A stretch of 64,000 nucleotides of DNA, from the NCBI GenBank assembly GCA_000934665.2, contig JYFJ02000499.1, forward strand, positions 1 through 64,000. The letters are read 5' to 3'. Position 1 is the stretch's first letter, and each line of letters starts with the position of its first letter. Of this stretch, positions 38,805 to 50,200 are shown piece by piece. Under the pieces are notes generated by a model, which worked only from the letters and a program-made list of their open reading frames with translations, was not told where the DNA came from and ran no database searches. A program made the translations under genes and the position numbers. This DNA is from Catajapyx aquilonaris. Taxonomy: Eukaryota.

Positions 38805-38900
38805 ATTATAACATCTATTGTATAATATTAAAATCTTTCGTTGTTTGGATAAGCCTTCTGATTGGTCCGCCGCATTTGTTACCGCAACACTTCCGATTGG
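38805..38900 (-). repeat. Short interspersed repeat, copy B (inverted relative to A)
   Basis: See copy A. Similarity continues to GATTTT...ATAGATGTT with an insertion in B. Confidence 0.85.
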
Positions 38901-41900
38901 CCCCCCTCACACAACACTATGAGTAAACAGTGTCCTTCTGTTGACGCTGTTTACTTATATTGTTGAGGTCATTTCCATGGAAACTTGAAAAGTTGGAGGT
39001 TCCATAGTTGCATTTTGGGAGGTCCTTTGGGACGGCAATACATTAACAATAAGTCCTCCACCACCGCAGGCCGCAGGCCTAGAAAAAAGCTAGCATATAG
39101 CGAGGGATTTTCTAGTATAAGTATAGAAAAGGAAAAATATGTTTAAATTATTTATTATAGGCTAGGTATAAAAAAACTGCAGAATTTATTTCCGTTGCTG
39201 TTTGGCTGGTGCAACATCTACGCCGATTTTTACTCCTCGTTTCTTTCGGGGTTGAAATAGTTTGCTCCAAACTCTAGCCCCGAGAGATGAAACCCAGTGA
39301 CCCTTCAAGGACGCCACATCCATTCTTACCGGTCAGCATGAGACGACAAAAAAAGACGAAAAAAAAGAGAGAAGGTTTCAGCCGAGTTTTTCTCTTTCTC
39401 TCGGACTGTGGAGAGCGATAGGAAGTTGGCGGAGAAGCTTTCCCTCCTTTTCTCAGATGGATTTGTTCATTGCGTTGGTATCAATAGACGAGGCGACTGA
39501 TAACAAATTCGATCGCGGAAAGACGATAAAAAGGAACGACGTTTGAAACCGATTACCTTGGGACTTTGCGACGAGACCAGGAAATGCTGTAACGACATTT
39601 TGTGGTGCATACCATTTGAGGGTTGAAGACCTGAAATTCACAACAGGTATTAATTTCGAGACACGAGTGTTTTAAATATATATTTTTTGCTCCCCTTTCT
39701 ACGTAAAAGAGTTTATTGCTATTGCAGGAAATTAGCACGAGAGACGAGTCAGACAACGCCAATAATTTGGACCAAAATGTGGTCCAGATCAAGGCTTTAG
39801 TTATATTTCACGTAGAATATGTACAATTTCACTGAGCACTCCAGGCTGTGTTGTGATAAATGGTTGCAATTTTGCGCTTTTGTGCAAGGAATAATGAGCC
39901 TGTGTTGAGCCGATGATTTAGTAATGGGGCAGTTCATACCCGACGGTGCATTGTATAATTTTTTTTTTCAAATCCCATCCGGTGTTGTGCATCCGCAGCA
40001 GTTTTCCCGGAATATGGTCGAGTGAAACAGGTCCCCGATGCAGTAGAGAATCGTATGGTTTTCCCATGAATAGCTGGCTCGGAATAAGCAGCTGCAGAAT
40101 CCAATCGAAGGGCTGTTGTTTTCTATCCCGACGAACGATTGGGATTTTCTCCCAGTCGAAATCGCACCCAGGCTCCACCACCACCTCTCTGAAAATGGAA
40201 AACCGCGTTGGGTGTGTTTCGCGCATTTCCAATCTCTCGCAAATGGGGAAACCACGGTCCAGCTTCGTTTTATGAGGCAGTCAAGGAATGCTCGCCCACC
40301 CAATTTTTTGTGTCGGTATATTCCGCCCTTGGTCTCTTTAACTTGTGTTCAGCACCTGCAGTTCAATATTCGAATTTAATATTGGTGTGCACAGAACTTC
40401 TCTGGAAACTTCTTCTCCGGGACGAACCACTGTATATTTGAATGCGGCTTTTGTCTCGCCCCGTGGCGTCGGAATCCCGTTTTGTGTAAGATGCAAATAA
40501 AGCAGGGTCGGATTGATGATATCTGCTGGAAGCTGTTGGTGCAGTGGTGGTCTCTGGTGGAGGATGGATGGCAAGGAGAAGCCGGTTAGCCATGACGCGG
40601 CATAATCAGCCATCATTACCCGTAGGGGCAAACCAGGGATTTATCATCTGGCCAAACAGACCGCTGCCTGAGTTCCCTGAGAGTAGTGTAGTAGGCAGGC
40701 GTGTCACGTGTCGCGCGATGATGGCGATGGGACACCGCCACTTGGCTCCTCTGATGGATGCTGCGGGACCCAATCCTGCGTATATTTCCGACTCCGCTGC
40801 TCCAGACATCCGAATTGCCAAAACCCCAGGCAGTAGTCGCTCCCTTTGACTGCCTGTTTACCTGCCGACGGAAACGTCAGAACTGTTTTTGTGCTGCGGT
40901 CACCTACAGTGTGCAAACACCTTTTGTGTGTACATTGTTTACGCTGCCCGTTACAGGTACAGCGAATTGTCCGGACCATTTTCACAGCTATGACAGGCAT
41001 TTGACTCTATGAAAAGTGCACCCCAAAAGTATACCAAACCGGTCGAGTTAAAATCGCTCATTGGTCTCCATTTCTCCTCTAATCCGAGTGTACGTATATC
41101 CACGAGTAGCCAGTACATCACTCTGAAGAGATCAACATATGACTCCGGAAACAATGGGCATTATGGCAGCAACCCCCGAAATTGTATTCAACCTGCTGGA
41201 AACACATCAAGAGCAACAAAAGGGATATGGCCCTTTCTATCTCCCCAGCTTTTGGAGAGTATAGTATAGTGGAGGGGGGCAAAACACAGGGACCTCGAGG
41301 CAATATAAATACTACCCCCTCGCCCCCCTTCTCTCCTCATCCTATACACTTTCCAATCCTCGTGTTGGGAATGGCCGCGAGCTTTAAAGATCACAATTTT
41401 CCAGCCCAGCTCCCCCAAAGTTTCTCCAATTAAGTGAAGTTCGTAGTGTTGCTTGAACGTTGCAACTCGAGAGACTGAAAAGCAGTCTGCCAATTATAAG
41501 TAAGGAGACTTGTGGAAGGGGGGGATGAGGGGAGGGGAAAGAGAGAGGGGTTACTCCAGCTCCATTATCGAGGAAAGCAAAAGAAGACGTGATTTATTCC
41601 TCTCGTCTGCTGCTGCAGGAAATTGGTAGCCCAAGGACCTTTTTTTTCCTATTTAAAAAAACCCTGCAGCATCTCATGTGATAACCTTTCACATCCTGTG
41701 ATGGCGAACTGGAGACTTTGATACCGAAGCATGTCTCTAGGGGGCACTAGATGAGCCGTGACTTCTTGGCTCGACTATCTCGAGAGGACCTCTAGCGGGA
41801 TCATAATTATTTGCATACGCTGCATAAACATGTGCAGTCTAGACTAGTCATATGTCACCTTTTGCATCTGAAATTCCGGGTTAGACCAAATCCCTGCAGG

Positions 41901-44900
41901 CAAAAAAAATTTAATCACTAGGACAGTCTCATTGCGGACGAGTGTAATCTGGTTTCCCCTGCACAATCACGTGATAATTTCGGGTCCTAAATCACGGGCT
42001 AATTGAATTGTAGAGAGACAGGGGTTCGAATCACAAAACCTTCTGTGGGGGGATGAAACTGTCTGTGCCTGTGCTGTGTGTGCAGCCTCAAAGAGCAATC
42101 CGTACTAAAACCCCATGGTAGCATCAGGGCAAGGACAAAGGCAAGGTTTTCATAGAAGCTTTAGCTTGCACTTAATGGATTACGTTGAGGTTGGCTCTCT
42201 TGGCGGTTCGCTGTTCGGATCATTATGCATGTGCTTCTGATATTCGCGCTTTGCTGCTGTTCGGAGGCACAATGGTGGAAATTTCCGGTGCCTAACCTTC
42301 TGTTGCGGTTTTAGCAATTCTAGACACATGTGGAGTAGGGGGGGAAAAAAACTTGAAGTACTAAGCACAACATCAAACAATTGCAGTCAGATCCGCCGAA
42401 AATGAGTTTGCAGTGCTCTGTGCAGCATATAAACTGGTGTCCCACAAAGGACTGGAGGGGTCATGACAGGTTTCAGGAAATGTTATTTTTCGGGGGGAGG
42501 CTGTGACCTGATGGGAAATGAAAAGGGGAAACTGGCAGGGTGAATGTTTTAAAAAATCCGGACATGCAAAAAAAAAAAAAAGAGTTTGCTTGGCCATTTC
42601 AAAAAAAAAAACATGTCGGTCGGCGCTTTTGTCGCAGTTATATTCGAGTATGAAAAGAGACCATGGTTCGAACTGTTTGAATGTAGGTTTCCAATATGTT
42701 CGGCCACCCTGTTCGCGGATTTTTTTGAACGGCATCGTGGGTGCCGTGTAATGACGAAATGGGTGGCTTGGAGCCAGGAGCGGGTAAATTTACTATCCGG
42801 TAATACTGAAGGTAATCCCTGCTGCTGCATCCAAACTTGAAGCGGGCCATAATAGCGTGTTCACTTGAGTTATCGATCCTGGCCTTTCGGTACATGTAAT
42901 CCGACTCCCATAAAACGCTATTTGCGAATGTATTTACGACCATCAGGTATAGGATTGTCCCTGCAGCCTACTACACACACACACACAAAAAGTGTCGCGG
43001 CTCAAACTTTTTATTATTATTTTCTGGAGGACGGTCCAGACGACAAAAGAAGTCCAAACAGGGTTGTGGATGACAATTGAAGAGAGAAAGAGAAGAGGAC
43101 AAAAGAGGACTGGCGGACTAATGGCCTGTGGGGAAAAAGGAGTTGGAAAGTTGGTAGTACAAGACTGGGGGCAATTTCGCCGGAATGGGGCTCTTGTTTC
43201 TGCCCAATGCCCCGCAGCCACTAGTTGAGGTCGTGTATATGGAGCCTTAAAGGAGGTCCGGACCAGTGGCCCCAAAACAAGGTGGGCGGGTTGGGGTCGT
43301 ACTTCTCATTAGTCACGGTCCAACGCAACTGGAGATCTTTGGGTATTGCGCGAATCCGGGATTGACGTGGATTGCTCTTGGGAAACGGGGGCATATTCCC
43401 GGATTTAATTTATGTGCTCGGATCACGTCCTGCTCCCAGATTGCTCCGGGACTGCCCCAGAAATAGGTTCATCCTGGATTGTATGCAACACACGGGAGAG
43501 TTAAACGGTCGGGCTATCCACCAGGGGCACTACGACTAATCCAGATAATATTTTCTCAATTCACAGTTTGAACTACTAGTATTAGCCACCCATTTGGCTT
43601 CACTGGGGAATAAGCAGGCCCTTGTGTTGCAGTGAGTTTTGATCCGGGCCTGATTATGTAAGCTTCACTGCACCATTCTCGCCTGCCTCCCCATTCTACC
43701 CGCGCTTATCATCATGCGAATTCCCTTTTCGCCCGGAATCGTTATCGAGGAAAATAAGTGCGTCATGAGGATAACGGCAGGAAGGTGCAGGAAAAGGGGT
43801 CGCAATTCCCAGCTCAAAAAAAAAGAGAATTGAGCAGCAGTCCATAAGAAAACAAGGGGAGGGAATGGCTGCATTTTGGGATCGGCCTCCTCTATTACCT
43901 CAAACTCACAGGTTTTTCCACCCTCATCCTGACGTGGGCTTAACTTAGTCCGGGACCCAGGAACTCCCTTTTCTGGTTGGCCTGGAAGTCTCCGGGCACC
44001 CGGAATTAATGGGCCATTGTCAGGCGCAAATAGCAGGAGGGAAACAGATTCAGGGAGCTAATGGAACTTTGCTGATCTCTTCCTCTCTCCCTATTCGCTT
44101 GGCGGCTGCACCTCTCTCACTCTCTACTTCTTCTTTTTTTATATATATTTTAAAGCGTCCTTCCCCATTCTCTCCAGCACTAAATTTTCTCCTCTTGCTG
44201 ATTCGAATCTTCATACCAGACTCTCCTGCCAACCCTTATCTGAGCTCGAAATTTGGCCGTAAATTCCCGATGTTTACGCCAGATGGGGGTGGCTGCAGTT
44301 TTCGTATATACCAACATGGCCGCGTCTTTTTACCTCGATTATGATTGGCTGCTGTTGAACACACATGCGCAGAAGCCACATTTGCTAATCGGGCGATTAC
44401 GAACCAGTTAAAACCTCCTGGCAATATTTAACCGGTTTGTCTCTCCGGGCTGTTGGTTAGCCCCACCAGGCCGGCTCTTAAAAAACATGAGTTGAGCGTA
44501 GAAACCTGAGTGAATCTGGTAAAGTGCATTGGAGGATCAGTGCCGTATTGGTCCCGAGGGGATCGGCTGATGTATAGTGCATGGCGCAGCTACTTATTGG
44601 GCTAGCTTGGGCCGTAATGTCACGAGGTGAGGAGATCAGAGGCAGTTTAGCCTCCGGGATAGGTAAGGAGGGGATGGATGGGATGGATGGGAAGAAGAGG
44701 AGGAGGGGAGGCTTCTCTTCCTCCCCTGCAGGAATGCACGAGTTGAGGAGCTGTCGTGTTGCGGCTCCCGAGGGAACAGGCTTTGACGCGCTCTGACTAA
44801 CTCGGCACTATGGGGCCGCGGGGAGAAGAGGGTTAGAGGGGGGGGAGGCGCCTACTAGATTATGTTCCTGGAATCTGCCGAGCAAGTTTGGTCGCAAGTC

Positions 44901-47125
44901 ATCATCGCCTCCGGAAGTCAAGTTCAGCTTCAATTTTCATTGGCAGGCTTGCCATCTGGATATTACACACTTTTCTTTAGCGGAATGCTGTGATGGCGCT
45001 ACTTCTATGGGACAAGTCGGAATTAAAATATTGTTTTGGAAATATTGTATCCATTAACAATAGGAAATCCATTGAAATTTATATCACAAGCCCAATTGAA
45101 CAATCTGTCTTCCTCTTGAATGTACTTAGATAAACCTACCATCCTGTGTTGGCACAGTACATATTCGCACCCTGGAGTGCAATTAGGGCTGCCTCGCAAA
45201 ATTCCATGGCATCCGCATAAATAGGGGCAGAAGAGACATACCAAATGAGGCCTGCAGTTTTGCGATATCACCAAGCAAGGCATCATGCCTCATCCGCATT
45301 CATATTAAGCCCTGGCTATGGCGCTGCTCTCTCTTTTTTTCCAGTAAAATGTTAATCAGGGCGAGTGCGCGCATAGCACACCAACTTTGATATCTTTTCC
45401 CAGGAAATAAGAAAAGTTGGCGGAGGTTACCGGATAGGAGGTGGAAAGAAAAAGATGCACGTGCTTTAAAAAGTCCCAGCAGTCTCTCCCCGTTCAATTA
45501 TTCAGGTGCATGGGAGCGTTTGCATGCTTATATATATCTCGCCTTCTGCAGCATGGGGAAAGGAAAAGTCCCTCGAGGACACTGTCTAGTTAAAAACTTG
45601 GGTCGTCATAAAGTCGAAATACCGTGAAATGACGAGCTGCTTCGAATTAGATTAGCGACGTGTCTTGAGAACCAGGCATCCGGAGGCTGGGTGGGTGGGT
45701 GGTTGGGGAGACGATCGTTAACCAATTAAAGTTGAGGGACCGGCGCGATGGGCTACAATTGCTTGTCCGCTTTTTTAGCCGAATATCTCCAGATGAAATC
45801 CTGGCCCGCTGCTGCAGTAGCAAGAACTTTGTATAGGGTAGTTCAGGAGTTAATTTTGCCAGCTATTTCACGACTCGTTTCCAGCACTTTTGAGTCCCGA
45901 TCCTTTTCATTGTTGTAGTGGTCGCCTGTTGGATATTTCCATGAGCACTGGGACCGTGCATGGTCTCCCCTGTAATCTTCTTGGGGTGTGTCTCTGGGCA
46001 GATGGCAATTGACCCCTCTTCTCCTGCTAGATGAGAGCAGGGGGACACTACGAGCCAATAACCTCATTTCACACTCCACAACCCCGAAACACTTGGGCCT
46101 AACGGGGTCACACAAAGCCGGGCGATTATTTCCAACCCCGCGGTGTAATTAGTTGCGTCTTCACACTTAACTGGGCACAGTGCGAGAGGATGAGGAGAGA
46201 GAGAGGCTGCTGGTTGGCGAATTTCAGCCTCAGGTGCCCACTTGGCCTGCCTTTCTCTCATGCAGCACCTAGCATTGATCACATTTGGAAGCTAGATGGT
46301 GGAAGGTTGGCAGGATATTGAATTTCACAGGAAGGCTCAAGTGCTGCTGCTGCATGGCTACAGGATCGGGCCAGAAAATCAAGTCGCACACAGACCTTCG
46401 ATATATTTCAACCTTTCAGCCACTGCAAATGGCACTGCTGCAGTCCCTCGGGGTTGGCTGTATCCACTAGAGGTTTTATGGGTTTTAAACCCACTAGACT
46501 TTCCCATATCCACCCACTGAGCCGCTGTCTTCCCCCCGAAAATAAAATAGAAAATCTCACGTAGATGCGTCATCTACGTACAAAAGCATGTCGAGTAACA
46601 TTACAATCTTCTAGTGCATATGTAGCGTAGAGGGACTGAATCCGATTCAGGGACGACTAGATGACACTCCATTCCGTACTCCCCGAGCGAATAAATAGCC
46701 CTCGTAATATAGTGCTAATCTAATAATGCAGCTTTTTCCGGCGAACCTTTTCGCGCAAAAACATTCCCTGCAGTTCGCGTGCTGATTTTTTTTTTGAAGC
46801 AGAGAGAGATGGTGGTGGATGTAGTCAGTAGTGGGAATGTGACTGACTCTCCAACGCATGTTGGCTGGATTGTCGACATACCTGCTGTCCGCCAGGAGGG
46901 GTAATATTGGTACGTTAATTGGATTTCCATTGAGTCGATTAAACCCGTAGCATGTCAGGAGTTGTGTGCGGGAGGGGGGGGGGGGAAACCCAGAGAACAG
47001 ACTGGGTTTGTCTGTTCAAGCTTTCCCACCAGATTAGCCCCAAAGTTCAGCTTGCGGACATGGCCTCGGCTCACAAGGAGGCGAATACGTCACGAGGAAG
47101 TTGCCCCAATCCTCATTCCAGGACA

Positions 47126-47205
47126 CAGGGTGTTTCAAAATGATACAGCAAACGGAATCGTTTTAGCTTCAAGGACCAAATGACATGTCATTACGAAACA
47201 GCCTG
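47126..47205. mobile_element. 80-bp Tc1/mariner-type MITE relic
   Basis: Terminal inverted repeats CAGGGTGTTTCAAAATGA and (rc) CAGGCTGTTTCGTAATGA, 15/18 match. Flanked by CA on the left and TA on the right, consistent with a mutated TA target duplication. Confidence 0.6.
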
Positions 47206-50200
47206 TATAATTATCCGGAGCGTCTTAATCCTTCAGAATGCTTCCTTGTCTAAGGCGAGACATCGGATAAAGAAAATGGGGGTGTAGTAGATGCGACCCT
47301 GGGTATTAAATTGGGTCGGAGGAAGAGAGTAGGTCCTCTGAGGAATGGACCTGTCGGGGACTCGCGTTTAGGAGGATTTTGTCCCCGTGTTTGGGAGGAC
47401 AGTTAAGCAATTGGAGCTTGCGGGGACTAATCTTTCAAGAGATGCAAGAGTTTCGGACCCGCTAATTAATCACAGGGCCACAGGCCTTAACTCTGCACAT
47501 CTGAGCCTAATTCCACCAGTCCTGAGGAAGGATGCTTGATGCCTTGAGAAGTAACCGCGATTTGTTCGTTCCGTACAAAAGGTCCATTCACATAGGACTT
47601 GCGGACATGCGGACTGGAATTGTGTAGCTTCTCCTAAATTTTTATCCTAGAATGTACTGTTGATTTACAAGTACAATGCAATTCAGCGACGTTAGTAAAT
47701 TGACTCTGTCTTTTGGGCAAAATTTGGACTCGCATTTTGTAAACAAGCTTCAGGTTCCAGGCTATGATACAGTAAGGCTGGAACTGCAGTGCAGCAAAAT
47801 TTCATTGTGAGTCAGTTCCATGTTGACGAGCAGAACTGGTACAGTGTCTGAGTAAGTATTCTTCTCTAAGGTGCCTCAAGTGCCTCTCTAGACAGACACT
47901 GACACCAAATTACGGCTCTTGTATAAAAAACAAACATGGAACTTTCCCCGTAACTCCCGTCCCGACATAATGATGCGGTTCCTTCGGATTATACGAGTGG
48001 CTCCATGGTATATATAGATCCATCTCGCTCGTTACTCAGAAGCTCTCGCGAATAAGAATGGCTTTGGCTCAGTCTCACCAACTTTGATTTTCCCCCGGTT
48101 GTGTGAATAAGGCGACGAGTGTCTACAGTGAGAGTGTGACACTGCTGCAGTTATTGTCACGGGAAGTTCCCTTTCCTAAAGAGGTAGACATGGTGCTTGG
48201 CGTTGTCATGCAGAGTAGAGCCCCTAAGCTGAGCCGTGAAGGACGGGGCAATTAGACCGAATTCCGAAGGGACGGTGCGGACCTGCCACCTTGGAAGGGG
48301 CCCCTTCTCTCCGCTGATTAGTTCGTCCCGATGTGCGCCCAACTCTTGGCCCTAATGACATTAAGCAGCGTCACGATCTAATGCAGCGGCAGAAGCAGCC
48401 GGAGCGAGTCCAAGCCCTGGAGAAATGTCTCCGGACATTTTTTTTTTTAAACTCGAGGGTTAGAGCTCCAAAAAAAGGCTGCTGCTACTGAGCGTCAATA
48501 TCAATTGAGACAGGAATGGAATTCAATTATGGACTGGAAATGTAAGTGTAAGTTTGTGTTACATTGGTGACCATATAAGTAAAATAACATTTTGAAGTCA
48601 CGTCCTTCATTGCCAAAAGCTCCTATTTAAAAAAAATCACCACCCAAAAGGCAGCCTTATGGCGACTTAGTGGAATACCCCGTCCTAGGCCATTACAGGC
48701 TCAAGTTGGCCTAAATTACTGCTGCAAAAGAGGTGTACTCTCCTTTTTTTGTTACACGGTTCTCTCCTATAAAAGAGAGAAAAAAAGCGGCGCTCTTTTC
48801 TTTTGTGGTCCCCAAAGATAGATGAGAGGCATTAGGAGACGGTCTAGAGCTTTAGACTTTGGGTACGGGAAAAATTTGGAAGTGAAGTTCGTAGCCAGCA
48901 GACTGATAAATTAGCTCCTTTTTTATCGTGCTAAAAAAACCCTCCCTTGGAAGACAATTCCCTGCATTTATAAAGCATTTCCCTCCCTCCTTTTATTTCT
49001 GCAGAAGAGGAGGGGGGGGGGGGCAAATTTACTTTCTTCACATGCACGGGAATTTTGTAATCTTGGTTTCCGTAGCAATGAAATGTTCCGGTCTTGATTT
49101 AGTACGACGTATCGCCTTGAATCGTCACTGTATTATGTATATATATTTTTTGCGCACTGGCAATTCGCACATCCTTCGGCCTCCCTAGGCTGTTCATTTA
49201 CTCTCGAGACACTTAATTATCGAGCCGGAGCGTGTGTAAACGCAGCAAGAAAATGTACAATTAGGGACTGTAACCGGGCGCAAAACGGACTTAAAGTTGC
49301 GCCGTGTGTCCCATATAGAGTTGCATTTTGTCCCGGTGATTTTGTCGCGCCAGAGTGGGTGTGAGTTTGGAGTAGAGGAGAGAGAGTGGAGGAGGGGAGA
49401 TTTTGCGAAAACGCTGCCTGGACCATGTGTAAAATGCATCTGGCTGGAAAACTGCGGAGGCAGAAAACTGGGGATAGGGCATAATGCCGGCTATAACTGC
49501 CGGTGAGTGTAATTTGTTGACGTTTTTAGTCCACGGAGAAGGAAATGGCCGCGAAATCCGGCGCTGAATCGCGTAAAAGGGACACCAGAGAGAAAATAGG
49601 ATGACCGTCCGAAGAAGCATGGACGGAGAGCACCCCGGATCGTAAAAAAAATTATACGATGCTTTTACCGCGTTATTAAGGTGAATATTGTACATAAACA
49701 CCGGGATTGTATATCTGAGAAAATGTCGGATTGTCTCCGCATTGTTGCATGTCCATAGGAAATTTATGGCCGCCCTGAAAAAAACAATGGAAAATACTGT
49801 ATTAGGCCGTGAATTTTCGATCATAAATTGTGGACACAAATATGAAGTGTCAGCACGTAGACAAAAATTAAATTTAAAAATGAATCATCATTGTCTGTTT
49901 CTAACAAACCTATTAACAAATATATCCATGAATATTGGGGGAAGAGTCGCTTGCTATTTATTTTAAAGCACAATTCCTCATTGAACTATATACTGTTATA
50001 CGAGGCGTTTGGGGATTTAAATTTGCGGTTGAATAAATTCCCAGATTTCCTGTGTGTAGGTAGTGGGCATTCTCTGATCACATGGCCGGTTGCGCATTCC
50101 TGCAAGTCCGGGGCCAATTTCTGGGCTCCTACATAACCGGGGGTAAAAAAAAGAGCTGGAAAAAAATCCGGGTTGGGTGCAGAGAGAGCTAGAGAGAGAG

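Noticed and set aside
42023..42032. GGTTCGAATC Pol III B-box (tRNA/SINE)
   Set aside because: No A-box at suitable spacing and no cloverleaf.
42536..42711. CAGGGTG...CACCCTG as a hAT-type element
   Set aside because: Only a 7-bp terminal match and no target-site duplication.
49484..49508. ATG..CCG|GTGAGT phase-1 mini-exon (MPAITA)
   Set aside because: Strong donor, but only six codons after an in-frame stop and no signal peptide.
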